Program-made: the position numbers and the translations under genes
In this document: positions 16,604-30,539 of the stretch, in pieces
Layout: every line of letters starts with the position of its first letter
How positions within the stretch are numbered: the stretch's first letter is position 1
From: the human T2T-CHM13v2.0 reference genome, Homo sapiens
NCBI RefSeq assembly: GCF_009914755.1
Contig: NC_060943.1
Strand: one strand, 5' to 3'
DNA length: 64,000 bases
Notes under the pieces: model-generated
The model's input: the letters and a program-made list of their open reading frames with translations, nothing else
What the model was told of the DNA's origin: nothing
The model's database searches: none

Positions 16604-17451
16604 GGTAAGAAATGAAGAAATGTAATTAACAAAATAAATGCCATCTCTACAATGATGATTTCCACATCTCTAGGCCAGACCTCTCCCATGAAGGCCAGAC
16701 TCACAAATCCAAGACTTCGGGCATAGGCAGAGGGGTCAGGGCAGAGATGGGGAAGCATAGGGAGCTGAGGGGTTCAGAGGAGGCACCTAACCCAGCCTAG
16801 GGGATCAAGGATGGCTTCCAGTAGGCAGTGAGACCTCAAGGAAAGAGCAAAATTTGGCTCCATTTGCAAGCAATGCAAGTTAGTGCTGCATGTTAATGGC
16901 TAGCCTCGGGCTGACTTCTCTATGTCACAATTTCTTCATCTGTAAAATGGGGAAAATAGTCATAGTATCTATTGCATAGGATTGTTGTGATTATTAAATG
17001 AATTAACATCCAGAACATGGCCGGGAGAGGTGGCTCATCCCTGTAATCCCAGCACTTTAGGAGGCCAAGGCAGGAGGAGTGCTTGAGCCCAGGAGTTTGA
17101 GACCAGCCTGGACAACATAGCGAGATCCCATTTCTACATAAAAATTAAATAGTTAGCCAGGGATGGCAGTGTGAGCCTGTGGTCCCAGCTACTCAGGAAG
17201 CTGAGACAGAAAGATCGCTTGAGCCCAGGAGTTTGAGGCTGTAGTAAGCCGTGATCATGCTACCGCACTCCTGCCTGAAAGACAGAGTGCAATCCTATCT
17301 CAATAAATAAAGAAATAAATAATAACACCCATAACAAACATGGTGCATAGTAAGAGCTCAAAAAAATTATTAACAAGAATAAATCAATTCTTCAATTTAA
17401 TTCATATTATTAAACAATTATTAGCTGGGCTACCTATTTGCACTGTTGTAA

Positions 17452-17691
<240 letters not shown>

Positions 17692-17914
17692 TGATCCGCC
17701 CGCCTTGGCCTCCTAAAGTGCTGGGATTACAGGTGTGAGCCACTGCGCCCCGCTGTAAACTGCTCTTTCTTTTTACTGAGTGTGATGAACATGCAGGGCA
17801 AGGCCCAGTGCTCAGTGGGTATCTTTCCTGTATAATCGGGCCTGATCCTCAGACACCTATGGTACAAAGATGGTGATTAGTCCCATTTTACAGGTGAAGA
17901 AAATGCAGTTCAAG

Positions 17915-19000
<1,086 letters not shown>

Positions 19001-19139
19001 GGAGGTTGCCTGCATCAAGTCACATAGCTGGGATATGGCGGTACCTCCTCTGTCCCCAGCCTTGAAGAGGTCAGCACAGAATCTCTGGGTCTCTCTCAAG
19101 CTCTTCTACCCTCTCTGCCCACCCCAAGCCCCTACTCAC

Positions 19140-19339
19140 CGGCAAGTATCGGCCATTATGGGTGCAGCCACAATCTTGGACAGGGATGCAGACACCCTGG
19201 GAAAGCAGGAAGCGGTCGTCGCACTCACAGCCCTCAAAACAGCGGGTGGTGCAGCCCGTGAGGCCGGAGAGAGCCGCACAGGATCCCTGGCAGGTGCGAG
19301 TGCAGATGGAGTAGTGGCTGTGGGCGGGGCAATGGAGCG
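19140..19339 (-). CDS. FCGBP: FCGBP exon: TIL domain
   Basis: cag|CG CTC...CCG|GTGAGT, 200 nt, LHCPAHSHYSIC...GRYLP. Confidence 0.95.
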
Positions 19340-19544
19340 CTGCAGAGAGAGGAGGCAGGGCTGAGTCACACCTCCAAAGGGTCCTGGATAACCAAGGGGG
19401 CCTACTGCACACCCAGCCCTGTTTTAGGCGGTGCTGAGGACACAAATACTGAGAAAAGTCTCAACCCCAGTCCTACAGAGCTCACTTCCAGTGGGACAGA
19501 CAGGAAGAGCCCAAAGTGAACATGCTGCATCAGGGAGTGTAGAC

Positions 19545-20077
19545 AGAGAGGTCAGGGTCAGGGTGGGGAGGCACAGGCAGAGGGGTCAGGGCAGGCATGA
19601 GGGGGCAAAGGCAGAGGGGTCAGGGCCAGGGTAGGGGGCTACAGACAGAAGGGTCAGGGCTGGGATGGGGAGGGCACAGACAGAGGGTTGAGGGCCAGGG
19701 TAGGGGGCACAGGCAGAGGGGTCAGGACCAGGGTCGGGGGCACAGGCAAAGAGGTCGGGGCCAGAGTGGGGGCACACAGGCAGAGGGGTCAGCGCCAGGA
19801 TGGGGAGGGCACAAACAGAGGGTTGAGGGCTGGGGTTGGGGGCACAAGCAAAGGGGTCAGGGCTGGGGTGGGGGGGCAAAGGCAGAGGGGTCAGGGCCGG
19901 GATGGGGAGGGTACACACAGAGGGTTGAGGGCCGGGGTAGGGGGCACAGGCAGAGGGGTCAGGGCTGGGTAGGGGGCACAGGCAGAGGGGTCAGGGCCAG
20001 GGTGTGGGGGGCACAGGCAAAGGGGTCAGGGCTGGGATAGGGGGGCACAGGCAGAGGGGTCAGAGTTGGGACAGGGG
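19545..20077. repeat. G-rich 33-bp VNTR, ~15-16 units, intronic
   Basis: Consensus gcacaggcagaggggtcagggccagggtagggg. Confidence 0.92.
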
Positions 20078-21001
20078 CTATATGGACCCAAGGGAATTAT
20101 CTGTGGTAAGTCCCTGGTCTCTGGCTAAGCAATTGGTGGAGGTGTGGCTGTTCTGCAATGCCCACCAGGTTTGGGGAAGGAGCATCAGGCTGGGGGTGAA
20201 ATGCTGATTTTATTTGGGAACACAGCAGGTAAGAGGGACGGTAAGGACACCCAGGGGAAGGTGTCTTGGACACCCTAACAATTACCACAGACTTTGTAGC
20301 TTAAACAGGGGAAATTCATTCTCCCACAGTTCTGAAGGCCAGAAGTCAGAAATCAGGATCACTGGGCTGACAGTCAGGAGAGAGTTCAGGGCTTGAGACA
20401 GACAGACCAGGTCCATGGTCAACAATGAGAACAAATCTAAGGCCGCGGGTGTGGATGACCGCCCTGGGTATAGGTCCTGCCCAGGGGAGACCTGGCTCTG
20501 ACCTGGAGCCGAAGGGGCCATTGCTTTTTCCTGAGAGTCTCTGGTGATGTCCCTCCCATGGGGAATTGAATGAGAGGTACAGTCCTAGTTTAGCGGGGTG
20601 TTTAATAGCCTGCAGCCTTGTCTTGGGGGGATCTGAGGGGATATGGTCTTGTCGGGGGTAGAAGGAGGGTCTGTGTGAGCCACAGATCTCCCAACCCATC
20701 CAACTCTCCCTTTCAGGTCACTGCAGAAAGAGTCCAGAATAGAACACTAGGGAAGAAGAGAATTTGAGGTTTGAGGAGAGTGGGCCCAGACAGGAGGCTG
20801 AGAAGGAACAGTCAGAGGGATAGCAGGGAAGCCAGTGGACTATGCCGTGGGAGAAGGAGTTGTGTGGGTGTGGGGTGGGAGGGGGTGGGGAGGGAGCGCT
20901 TTTACAGGGAGAAACCACTCCGACATGCAAATAGAAGGAATGGGCCAGGAGGGGCCCCTACACCTGGTCTAGAGTCCTGCGAGGGACCCACGGACACTCA
21001 C

Positions 21002-21575
21002 GGCAGAAGCTGTCTGTCCTCCAGGGCTTCACGGCCACGCCAGCTGCCTGACAGGCCGCCGTGTAGGCTGCCAGGCTGCGGCACAGGAAGGCTTTGTCAC
21101 CCTTTTGCGCGCACAGGTCGTATACGCATTGGCGGAAGTACTCAGAGGGACTCAGCACCGCCTGGCAGGTCGCGAAGGGGCCCTGGGGGTTCCGGAGCTG
21201 CCCGCAGGCCTCGTTGCTCTCATAGGGTGCAGTCTCCTCTGCCAAGCACACTGGGCAGCCTTGGGGCCCGCAGCCCTCGCCACAGCCCTTGGAGGAGCCG
21301 GGCGCCCGCCATGCAGCCCCGAAGGTCTCCACACTGGACGCTGCTGAGCCATTGGGCAGGACAAAGTCGTCACTCCAGTTGCCATTGAAGTTCCCACAGA
21401 GGCCACAGAGCCGTCCACGGAAGGGGCTGGGGATGGACATGAGGAGGTGGGCATCGCCATCAAAGAGAAGCCGCAGCCCCTTGGTCGTCTGCAGAACCAT
21501 GTTTCGGCCCTCGGCGGTCACCCGCACGCGGCCCACAGCCACAGGCAGGGCCACAGCCTCGCCGTCCACGGTGAC
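21002..21575 (-). CDS. FCGBP: FCGBP exon: second half of penultimate VWD plus C8
   Basis: 574 nt, VTVDGEAV...CGLCGN...WRTDSFC, canonical splice sites. Confidence 0.95.
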
Positions 21576-21697
21576 CTGGGTGGAAGGGTCGGGTAGGTCA
21601 GGAACTCACAGAACCACAGGCAAGGCTGTCCTGTCCCACTCCCAGGCCAGAGCTGCATCTCCCTCAGTCCCATTAACGTCAGGTCATGTTTCCCTTA

Positions 21698-22036
<339 letters not shown>

Positions 22037-22147
22037 TTAGAGGAATGTCCCTCTCATACCTACAGGGTGGGGTCGTGTCTCCCTCAGAACCCCCTAGATG
22101 GGGCTGTGTTGCCTTCAGACCCCCAGGGCAGGCTCACATGGACTCAC

Positions 22148-22719
22148 CTGCTGCCCCTGAGCTAGGCTCACAACCTGGCCAGCCACAGTAACCAGGAGGC
22201 GTTGGAGATCTCCAGCTGCATTCTTCTCAAGCACGATGGAAAAGTCCTCGTCCCCAGGCTTTGGGTGGCAGACTTGGGCCAAGACATAGGAGCAGGAGCC
22301 ATGCAGGTCGTAGACACGGCCATCAAGGGTGATGTAGTGGATGCCCCCGTTGGCCAGGCAGCGGCCACAGCCTGTGGCATGACAGGCCTGGACACCATCC
22401 TCTAACCGGCACTCCTCATGGGGCCCACAGGCTGCGCCCTCCTGGCAGGTGACATGGCCACCTGGCCCACACTCACAGCGCCGCTCACACTCAGGGCCCG
22501 GGTAGAAGACCTCGCCCAGTGGGTAGTAGCGGCCATCATGGAGGCAGCCACACTGGCCCACGGGTACGCAGGTGTCACCACTGAGTACGAAGCCAGCATC
22601 GCAGACACAGCCTTCACGGCAGGCCGACTCACAGCCCTCGGGTGCTGAGAGGCTCGGGCAGCTCACAGGGCAGGAGTCACCGCAGAGCTCATAGTGGCTG
22701 TGGGCAGGGCACTGCAAGG
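22148..22719 (-). CDS. FCGBP: FCGBP exon: TIL plus first half of penultimate VWD (GGIH instead of GDPH); spans the duplication boundary
   Basis: 572 nt, cag|CC TTG CAG TGC...CAG|GTGAGT. Confidence 0.95.
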
Positions 22720-24311
22720 CTGTGGGGACAAGGTGGGCATGAGCCAGGTAGGTGTTCGAGTCGGGGTCTTGGGAGGCCCTGAGTGGGAAAACTGCTCAGG
22801 CCAACTTGAGTGTCTCTGTGTATGCACATGTGATCCAGGACATCTAACTGGGGGACTCAGTGTGGGACCTGGAATGGGAGGGGACATGCCCTGGTCTCTC
22901 TGACCAGGTTATGTGTTAGCCTGACCAAATATTTCTGAAGATCAAATGACTCTGCTTGCCTGATTTTTATTTATTTATTTATTTATTTATTTTTTATTTT
23001 TTTGAGACAGGGTCTCACTCTATCTCACCCAGGCTGGAGTGCAGAGGCGCGCTTACTGCAGCCTCCACCTCCTGGGCTCAAGCGATCATCCTGCCTCAGC
23101 CCCCCGAGTATCTGGGACTACAGGTATGAGCCACCACATCTGGCTAATTTATTAGTAGTTTTCTGTAGAGATGGGGTCTCACTATGTAAGCCAGGCTTAC
23201 CTGGGTGAAATGGATCACTTATATCTATTCGGGGTATGCAAGATCAGAACTGACTATGGGTACCTCAGCGTGTGAATGTGACTGGGGTGTGGGGCCACAT
23301 GTATCTCAGGGTATGGCTCTGCCTGAGGGCACCCAGCTGTGGGTGTCTGACATGCAGCATCTCCCAGAGTCCTTCTGACATGGTCTGCCTAAGGGTGTGC
23401 CTGGGTGAAGTTGGCAGGATACCTGTGACCAGGAGACCTGCCTGAAGGGAACCGCCTAGGACTATCTAACCATGCATCTGTGTGGATCTGCCCAGGGCTA
23501 TGTAAGAGTCCTGATTCTATCTGAGTGTATCTAACCAGTTAGTCTCAGTACAAAATCTGAGCAGATACCACTGAAGGTATGTGACTTATTCTATGTGACT
23601 AGGTGTATTTCAGTGTGTGCAACAGACCAAGGGCCTCTGACCAGCTGTAACTCACTAGGTCTTCCTAACCAGGGGTACCTTGCTGTGTGACTGAGGCAGA
23701 GTCAGCCATCCCAATCTACATGCCTTGGATATCTGAGAGCATGGATCACCAATCCTCAACAGTGTCCTGGACCCCAGGTTTCTGACTAGGTGTTTCTTTT
23801 CTTTCTTTCTTTTTTTTTTTTTGAGATGGTGTCTCACTCTGTTGCCCAGGCTGGAATGCAGTGTCACATCATGGCTCACTGCAACCTCTGCCTCCTGGGT
23901 TCAAGTGCCTCAGCCTCCTGATTAGCTGGGATTACAGGTGCCCACCACCACGCCCAGATAAATCTTGTATTTTTAGTAGGGACAGGGATTTCACCATGTT
24001 GGCCGGGCTAGTCTCAACTTCCTGACCTCAGGTGATCCACCTGCCTCGGCCTCCCAAAGTGCTGGGATTACAGGCGTGAGCCACCACGCCCACACTCTGA
24101 CTAGGTGTTTCTAACTCTCTCTCACTGCAGTACCTTTCTTGGGGCATTTCAGTGTGTGAGTGCCAAGGTGTTTGGTGACAGGAGATACCAAGCTCAGAGG
24201 AAGGAAAGTGGCCCCTGAGCCCCATGGAGGAGGAAGGGGCTGCTGTCCTACAGTCCTGGGAAGGGCAGGGAGAGACCCAACCATGTGGACCATGCATGGA
24301 GCAGTACTCAC

Positions 24312-24855
24312 GACAGAAGTCCGGCCGCCTCCACTCGCCGAGCTGGGCCCCAGCGGCCTGACAGGCTGCCACGTAGGTAGCCACTGCAGGACAGAGGCCT
24401 CCAGGATGGCCCTGAACTTGGCAGGCGTCCAGCAAGCAGCCCTGGAAGTACTGCGCGGGCGGCACAAGGCCGTGGCAGGGTGCCAGCGGGCCGTCGGTGG
24501 CGGAGATCACGCCGCAGGCGTCCGGGCCGCCGAAGGACTCCTGCTGCTCTGGGGTGCACGGCGACGGGCATGGCTTGGACACACATTCCCCGCAGCCCTG
24601 GGCCCCGCCCACCTGCCATCCAGCGGGCTTCCCGCCCACAGCCTTCAGGTCGTCTGCCGGGTCCTGGTTGTAGTTCCCGCATAAGCCACAGAGAGAGGCC
24701 GCGTACGCCGCCGGCACGCGCAGGCGCACGAAGCTGTCCCCATCGAAAGCCAGCGAGAGCCCTGAGGTTGTGGTCACCACCACGTCGGCGCCGCTCAGGT
24801 GTGCGTGCAGGAGCGAGTCCAGCTGGAAAGGCAGAGCCACGAACACGCCGTCGAC
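24312..24855 (-). CDS. FCGBP: FCGBP exon (copy A): VWD second half plus C8
   Basis: 544 nt, VDGVFVALP...WRRPDFC. Confidence 0.95.
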
Positions 24856-24895
24856 CTGCGGGCGGGGGATGGCGGCGGGGGGATGGGGCGCGGTG
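24320..24895. promoter_or_regulatory. Intragenic CpG-rich island over an exon (also 40560-41120 and 56250-56810)
   Basis: Visibly high GC and CpG density relative to flanks; not computed. Confidence 0.6.
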
Positions 24896-25581
24896 AGTGG
24901 AGAGAACACGGGTTTGAATCCTGGCCCCACCACCTACTAGCTGTGGGACCCAGAGCATGTCACCTCCCCTCTGAAAATAATAATGAGCATCTATAGGCCG
25001 GGCCTGGTGGCAAAGCCTGCAATCCCAGTACTTTGGAAGGACGAGATGGGAGGATCACTTGAGGTCAGAAGTTCAGACCCGCCTGGGCAACATAGTGAGA
25101 CCCCCATCTCTACAAAAAAAATGAAAAATTAGCCAGCATGGTGGCCTGCGCCTTTAGTCCCAGCCACTTGGGAGGCGGAGGCCAAGGCGGGAGGATGGAT
25201 TGAGCCCAGCAGTTCCAGGCTACAGTGAGCCCTAATCCTGTCACTGCACTCCAGCCTGGGCAACAGAGTCAGGCTAAGAAAAGAAAGAAAGAAAGAAAAA
25301 CAGAAAAGAAAAAACAAAGAGCCTCTATACGCTCATGTCACTGACTCCTCATCCTTCTCAAAAACAGGTACTTTCTTAGACCAGTTTACAGAGGAATACA
25401 CTAGGCTCAGAGAGGAAGAAGCCGCTGTGCCAAGCCGTCAGGCTCCTAGGCGTACACTCTGACCCTTCCATCATGCCCCAGATAAGCTGTGAAAGGTGCC
25501 CAGGGGAATGGTGAAGCCCTTACCATCTCAGGCAACCCCAGAGCTGGCACTTGCTCCTGTCTGGCCCACAGCCCTCCTCAC

Positions 25582-26198
25582 CTGTAGCTTCCGGGGCCAG
25601 CGGGCACTCAGTGTCAGGCTGTGGTTGTAGATTTGCAGGGTGACACTGCGGGTGTAGCTGACAGCCTGGCTGCCCCGGTGCTCATTGGCTACAGTGACAG
25701 TGAAGTTCTCAGCCCCCAAGGGTGGTCCGTGGCAGGGTGCACTCAGCAGGTACTCGCAGGTGCCTTGGAAATCGAATCGGTGCCCATCCAGAGTGACGTA
25801 ATGGGGGTCACCCCACGCCTGGCACTCAGCTGTGCTGACGGGCTGGCAGCCGTGCTGGCCGGATGGCAGGAGGCCACACACTTCACCCAGCCCACAGCTG
25901 GCAGGTGTGCAGACCAGCGAGCCACCCCCAGGCCCGCAGCGACACCACTGGGAGCAGGTGCCATCAGCCCAAAACTCACTGCCCGCCTCGTGGTAGGTGC
26001 CATTGGCCCAGCAGCCGCAGCCGTTGTTGAGGGGAACACAGCGGTCAGCACTTAACACGAAACCCGCGTCGCACTGGCAGCCCTCCACACAGGGGCCCTC
26101 ACATACGGCTGGCGTCGTAAGGGGTGCAGGGGACGGACAGCTGGCCGGGCAGGGTGGGCCACAGACCTCATAGTGGCTGTTTTCTGGGCAGGTGATCT
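25582..26198 (-). CDS. FCGBP: FCGBP exon (copy A): TIL plus VWD first half, AWGDPHY
   Basis: 617 nt, ITCPENSHY...PRKLQ; GDPH at 25801-25812. Confidence 0.95.
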
Positions 26199-26592
26199 CT
26201 GTGGGCAGATGAAGGAGCAGGAAGGAGAGAAACAGAAAGAAGGGTGTTAGGGGTGGGGTCCCAGAACAGGGTGGGAGGAGACAGAGAGAGACACTAGGGA
26301 GCAGACAGAGAAAGGGGGAGACAGAAAACAAGACACAGAGAGAGGACACAGAGAAAGAAATGGGAGAGGGCGAGACACCAGGAGACCCAAGCAGAAACTG
26401 AGGGAGCTAGAGAATGAGAAACAGACAGATAGAGACAAGCAAAGCGAGGCCCAGAGACGAGCACCAAGAAACAGAGAGACAAACAGAGAAAAAAGAAAAC
26501 AAAGAGACCCAGAAGGACCAGAGTGAAACCAAACCAGCCCCGAAGAGACGGGACCCCGCCCCCAGCCCCGCCTCTGCTCCCCCAACACTCAC

Positions 26593-27166
26593 CACAGCCA
26601 ACCTGTGCCCGCCAGTCTTCGATGACAACCCCAGCGGCCTGGCAGGCGGCCACGTAGGAAGCCAGAGCCTTGCAAAGAATGTCATGGTCCCCACCACCCA
26701 TGCAGACGTCCAGAACACAGCCCTTGAAGAAGCTCTCAGGTGGCACATGAGCATGGCAGGTGGTGAAAGGGCCCCCTGTGCCGGGGGCCAGGGGTCCGCA
26801 GAAGCCAGGGCCCTCGTACTGCTCCAACCGGTCCTCAGGGCACGTTGGGCAGGACCCCCGACATTCGTCCCAACACAGTGGGTCCCAGCCTGGGGCTCGC
26901 CAGCTGCCGCCCCAGATGGGTATGGAGGGAGCCAGTGTGCCATTAGGGAAGACCTGGTCATTGTTGGGGTTGCGGTCCATGTTACCGCAGAGCCCGCACA
27001 CTGCGCCATGATAGCTGCTGGGGAGCGTCACGTCTACCCGCCAGTTCCAGTCATAGCTGACTTGCAGTCCAAAGTCAGCCACCAGCAGTGCCTTCGATGC
27101 ACCCTGGGCCACTGAAATCCGCCCGTCGGCCACGGAGACAGGCAAGGCTGTGAGCACACCGTTCAC
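26593..27166 (-). CDS. FCGBP: FCGBP exon (copy A): VWD second half plus C8
   Basis: 574 nt, VNGVLTALP...WRAQVGC. Confidence 0.95.
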
Positions 27167-27359
27167 CTGGGGGAAGGAGGGAAGGCAAACGGGTCACTGG
27201 AGGTTTTACGGCCCCAGCTCTGGCCCTCTGCCTCCCTCTCTCTCATCCCACCGGGGGCTGGGAGAGGCCAGGGCCTTCCCCCGAGAGTTGGATTGTCATC
27301 TGACACACTGTGGACAGTTGTTCTAGCCCAGGTCTTGGGGAACGAAACCTCACTTTACT

Positions 27360-27740
27360 TTTTCTAGATCTTCTCCCTTCATCTCTATCTCCCTCTTCTG
27401 TCTCTCTGTCTCTCTGTCTTTCTGTGTCTCTCTCCCTCTGTCTTCACCTAAGTCTATATCACTTGGTCTTCTCTCTCTCTCTTTCTGTCTCTCTGTCTAT
27501 CTCTCCCTCCTCTTCCCTTCCTCCCTCCTACCCTCATTCTCTGTGTGTCTCTTCCACTCACTCACCATCATTTATCCAGTGCCTACTCTGTTCCATCCCT
27601 CATTTTCTCTCTGTGAGCTACCATTAAGCTCTATCTCCATTTCCCTGGGCAGAAAGGATAGCCCATCTGTCTCCTCTGATCTCCCTACATATCTCCCTAT
27701 ATTTCTTTCTTTCTTTCTTTCTTTCTTTTTTTTTTTTTGA
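27360..27740. repeat. CT-rich low-complexity tract (also ~43600 and ~59290)
   Basis: Direct reading. Confidence 0.85.
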
Positions 27741-28484
27741 GACAGATCCTCACTCTGTCACCCAGGCTGCAGTACAGTGTCGAAATCTTGGCTCTTGTAA
27801 CCTCCACCTCCCAGGTTCAAGTGATTCTCCTGCCTCAGTTTCCAGAGTAGCTGGGATTACAGTAGCACCACCACACCCAGCTAATTTTTGTATTTTTAGT
27901 AGAGATGGGGGTTTCACCATATCGGCGAGGCTGGTCTCGAACTACTAACCTCAGGTGATCCACCCGCCTCGGCCTCCCAGAGTGCTGGGATTACAGGCGT
28001 GAGCCACCGCACCTAGCCCGATCTCCCTGTATTTCTCTCTGTGTCCTGGTCTCTGGGTCTCTCACTTGTTCCCTCACAAACACTCAAACGACTGTTCACC
28101 TGGACTAGACTCTGAGCTCAGCATGTGACATGCACGGCCTTGCTGTGGGGGAGGCCCTGATACGATGCCCACTTCACAGATGAGGAAACTGAGGCCTACC
28201 AAGTGAACTGCCCAGCATCACATAGCTCATAAGGAGGAGAGGCTGGATTGAAACCCAGGTCTATAAAAAAGGCAAATGCTGAGGTCCTATGTTAAAGCCC
28301 TTTGCCAGGGGCTAGGCTCATTTAATTCCCAGTAACAGGGTGACATTTTTGCTGCAATTATTCTTTTTGTTGACAGTTTGTTTCAGGCCCAGGTGAAGAC
28401 AAAGAGCCTTGAGCTGCTAACTGTGGTCGTCAGGATCCCTCCTGCCCTCCCGGGGACCTCAGGGGACCATCCTGCCACACATAC

Positions 28485-28822
28485 CCGGACTTTGCCGATC
28501 TCGTCCTTGTGGATGGAGATGTTGGTGCCGAGGGCAGCCACGGTGACGACTCTCACGTAGGATACAGCAGGGTTGCCCCGGTTCTGGTTCTTGGTGGTGA
28601 CGGTGAAGGGTGTCAGGCCCTGGGTGCTGACCCCCGGGCAGCCAGTTGTTGCCAGCACATAGTTACAGGTGCCCTGGAAGTCAAACTTCCGGCCATCGAA
28701 GGAGTGGTAGTGTGGGTCGCCCCACAGCCAGCACGTGGCCTCATAGTTGGGCAGGCACACACCCTGGCCACCCTGCTCCTTGCATGTCTCCTGTGGCCGG
28801 CATGTCACGCCGTGGCACGGGT
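28485..28822 (-). CDS. FCGBP: FCGBP exon (copy A): Cys-rich motif plus VWD first half, LWGDPHY
   Basis: 338 nt, PCHGVTC...GKVR; GDPH at 28710-28721. Confidence 0.95.
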
Positions 28823-28961
28823 CTGGGGACAGAAGAGGGAGGAGGACCTTGAGGGGCTGCCCATTGTAAAGCATGGCCGCTCCCTCCATATCTACCCAGT
28901 CTGTGCCAGGGATCTGAGGGTTACTGCAGGCAAGACCACATTCCAGAGTCCTCATGTCTAG

Positions 28962-29120
<159 letters not shown>

Positions 29121-29123
29121 TGA

Positions 29124-29438
<315 letters not shown>

Positions 29439-29589
29439 TAGAGTTCCCCTACCTCTGAGACTGAGGCCCTGCCATTTGCTGTGTGAGACTGAGATCCTGG
29501 AGTCCACGCACCTAAGACCAAGGCAAAGACCAAGGCTCTGGGTCTGTGTTTAAGGTGCACTTTCCATGGTGCCCTTGCTTGAGATTTCA

Positions 29590-29761
29590 CCCTGTTCTTG
29601 TATTTTAAGTTTTATAGGAACCTCACCGTCTTCACTTACATAGGCTACGGCTGCTTTCACACCACAGTGGCAGAGTGAGTAGTTGTGATCCAGAAGGTAT
29701 AGCCTGCAAGCTTAAACACTTACCATCTAGCCCTTTAGAGAAAAGGTGCACTTGACCCCAG
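29590..29761 (+). mobile_element. MER58A-like hAT-Charlie DNA transposon fragment (also ~45826 and ~61540)
   Basis: ctacggctgctttcac...ggcagagtgagtagttg...gccctttagagaaaagg matches recalled MER58A. Confidence 0.75.
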
Positions 29762-30539
29762 TTGAGATCTGTGCCCCAGGGGTCCTTGTGTCTGCGATGC
29801 CAGCCCTGAGAGCATCCATGTCTGAGATCCCAGCCCCAGGGTTCTCTGTGTTCAAGACCTGGGCCCCAGGCCAGGTGTGGTGGCTCAGGCCTGTAATCCC
29901 AGCACTTTAAGAGGCTGAGGTGGGAGGATAGCTTGAGCCCTGGAGTTTGAGACTAGCCTGGGCAACATAGTAAGACCCCATTTCTACAGAAAGATTAATA
30001 AATTAGCCAGGCGTGGTGGTGTGTGCCTGTAGTCCCCCACTACTCGGGAGGCTGAGGCGGGAGGATTGTTTGAGCCCAGGAAATCGAGGCTGCAGTAAGC
30101 TACACTACACTCTAGCCTGGGCCACAGAGTGAGACCTTAGCTCAAAAAAAAAAAAAAGATCTAGGTCTCAGGGTCCCCCATGCCTGAGACCTCAGCCCCC
30201 TGGACATCTCCACATTTGATAGAAATTGGTCTCCAATTTCTCTAGGTCCTGGAGGCCTCTGTGCCCAAGACTAGGGCCCTGGGGTGATCTTCTGGCAAGA
30301 GCCCAGTGCCAGGGTCTCAGCAGGATTTGAAATGTTTGAGACCCTAACTAGCTAAGTCTCATGGGCTGGGCTCCCTCAGTGCAAGACTCCATCCCTGAGG
30401 GTTGCTGTATTCAAGACAGTAGCCTTCATCGTGTCTCACTGCTGAGGCCCTGTCCTGGGGGGTTTCTGTGTCCGAGACTCTGTTCGTACAGTTACTACAT
30501 CTGTGACCCCAGCTTGCGGAACCCCTGTGTGGGAGAGGC

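Noticed and set aside
19586-20040. Repetitive Pro/Gly/Arg-rich ORFs, or a CRISPR-like array
   Set aside because: The 33-bp unit is a multiple of 3 and stop-poor; units are contiguous with no unique spacers, in a eukaryotic intron.
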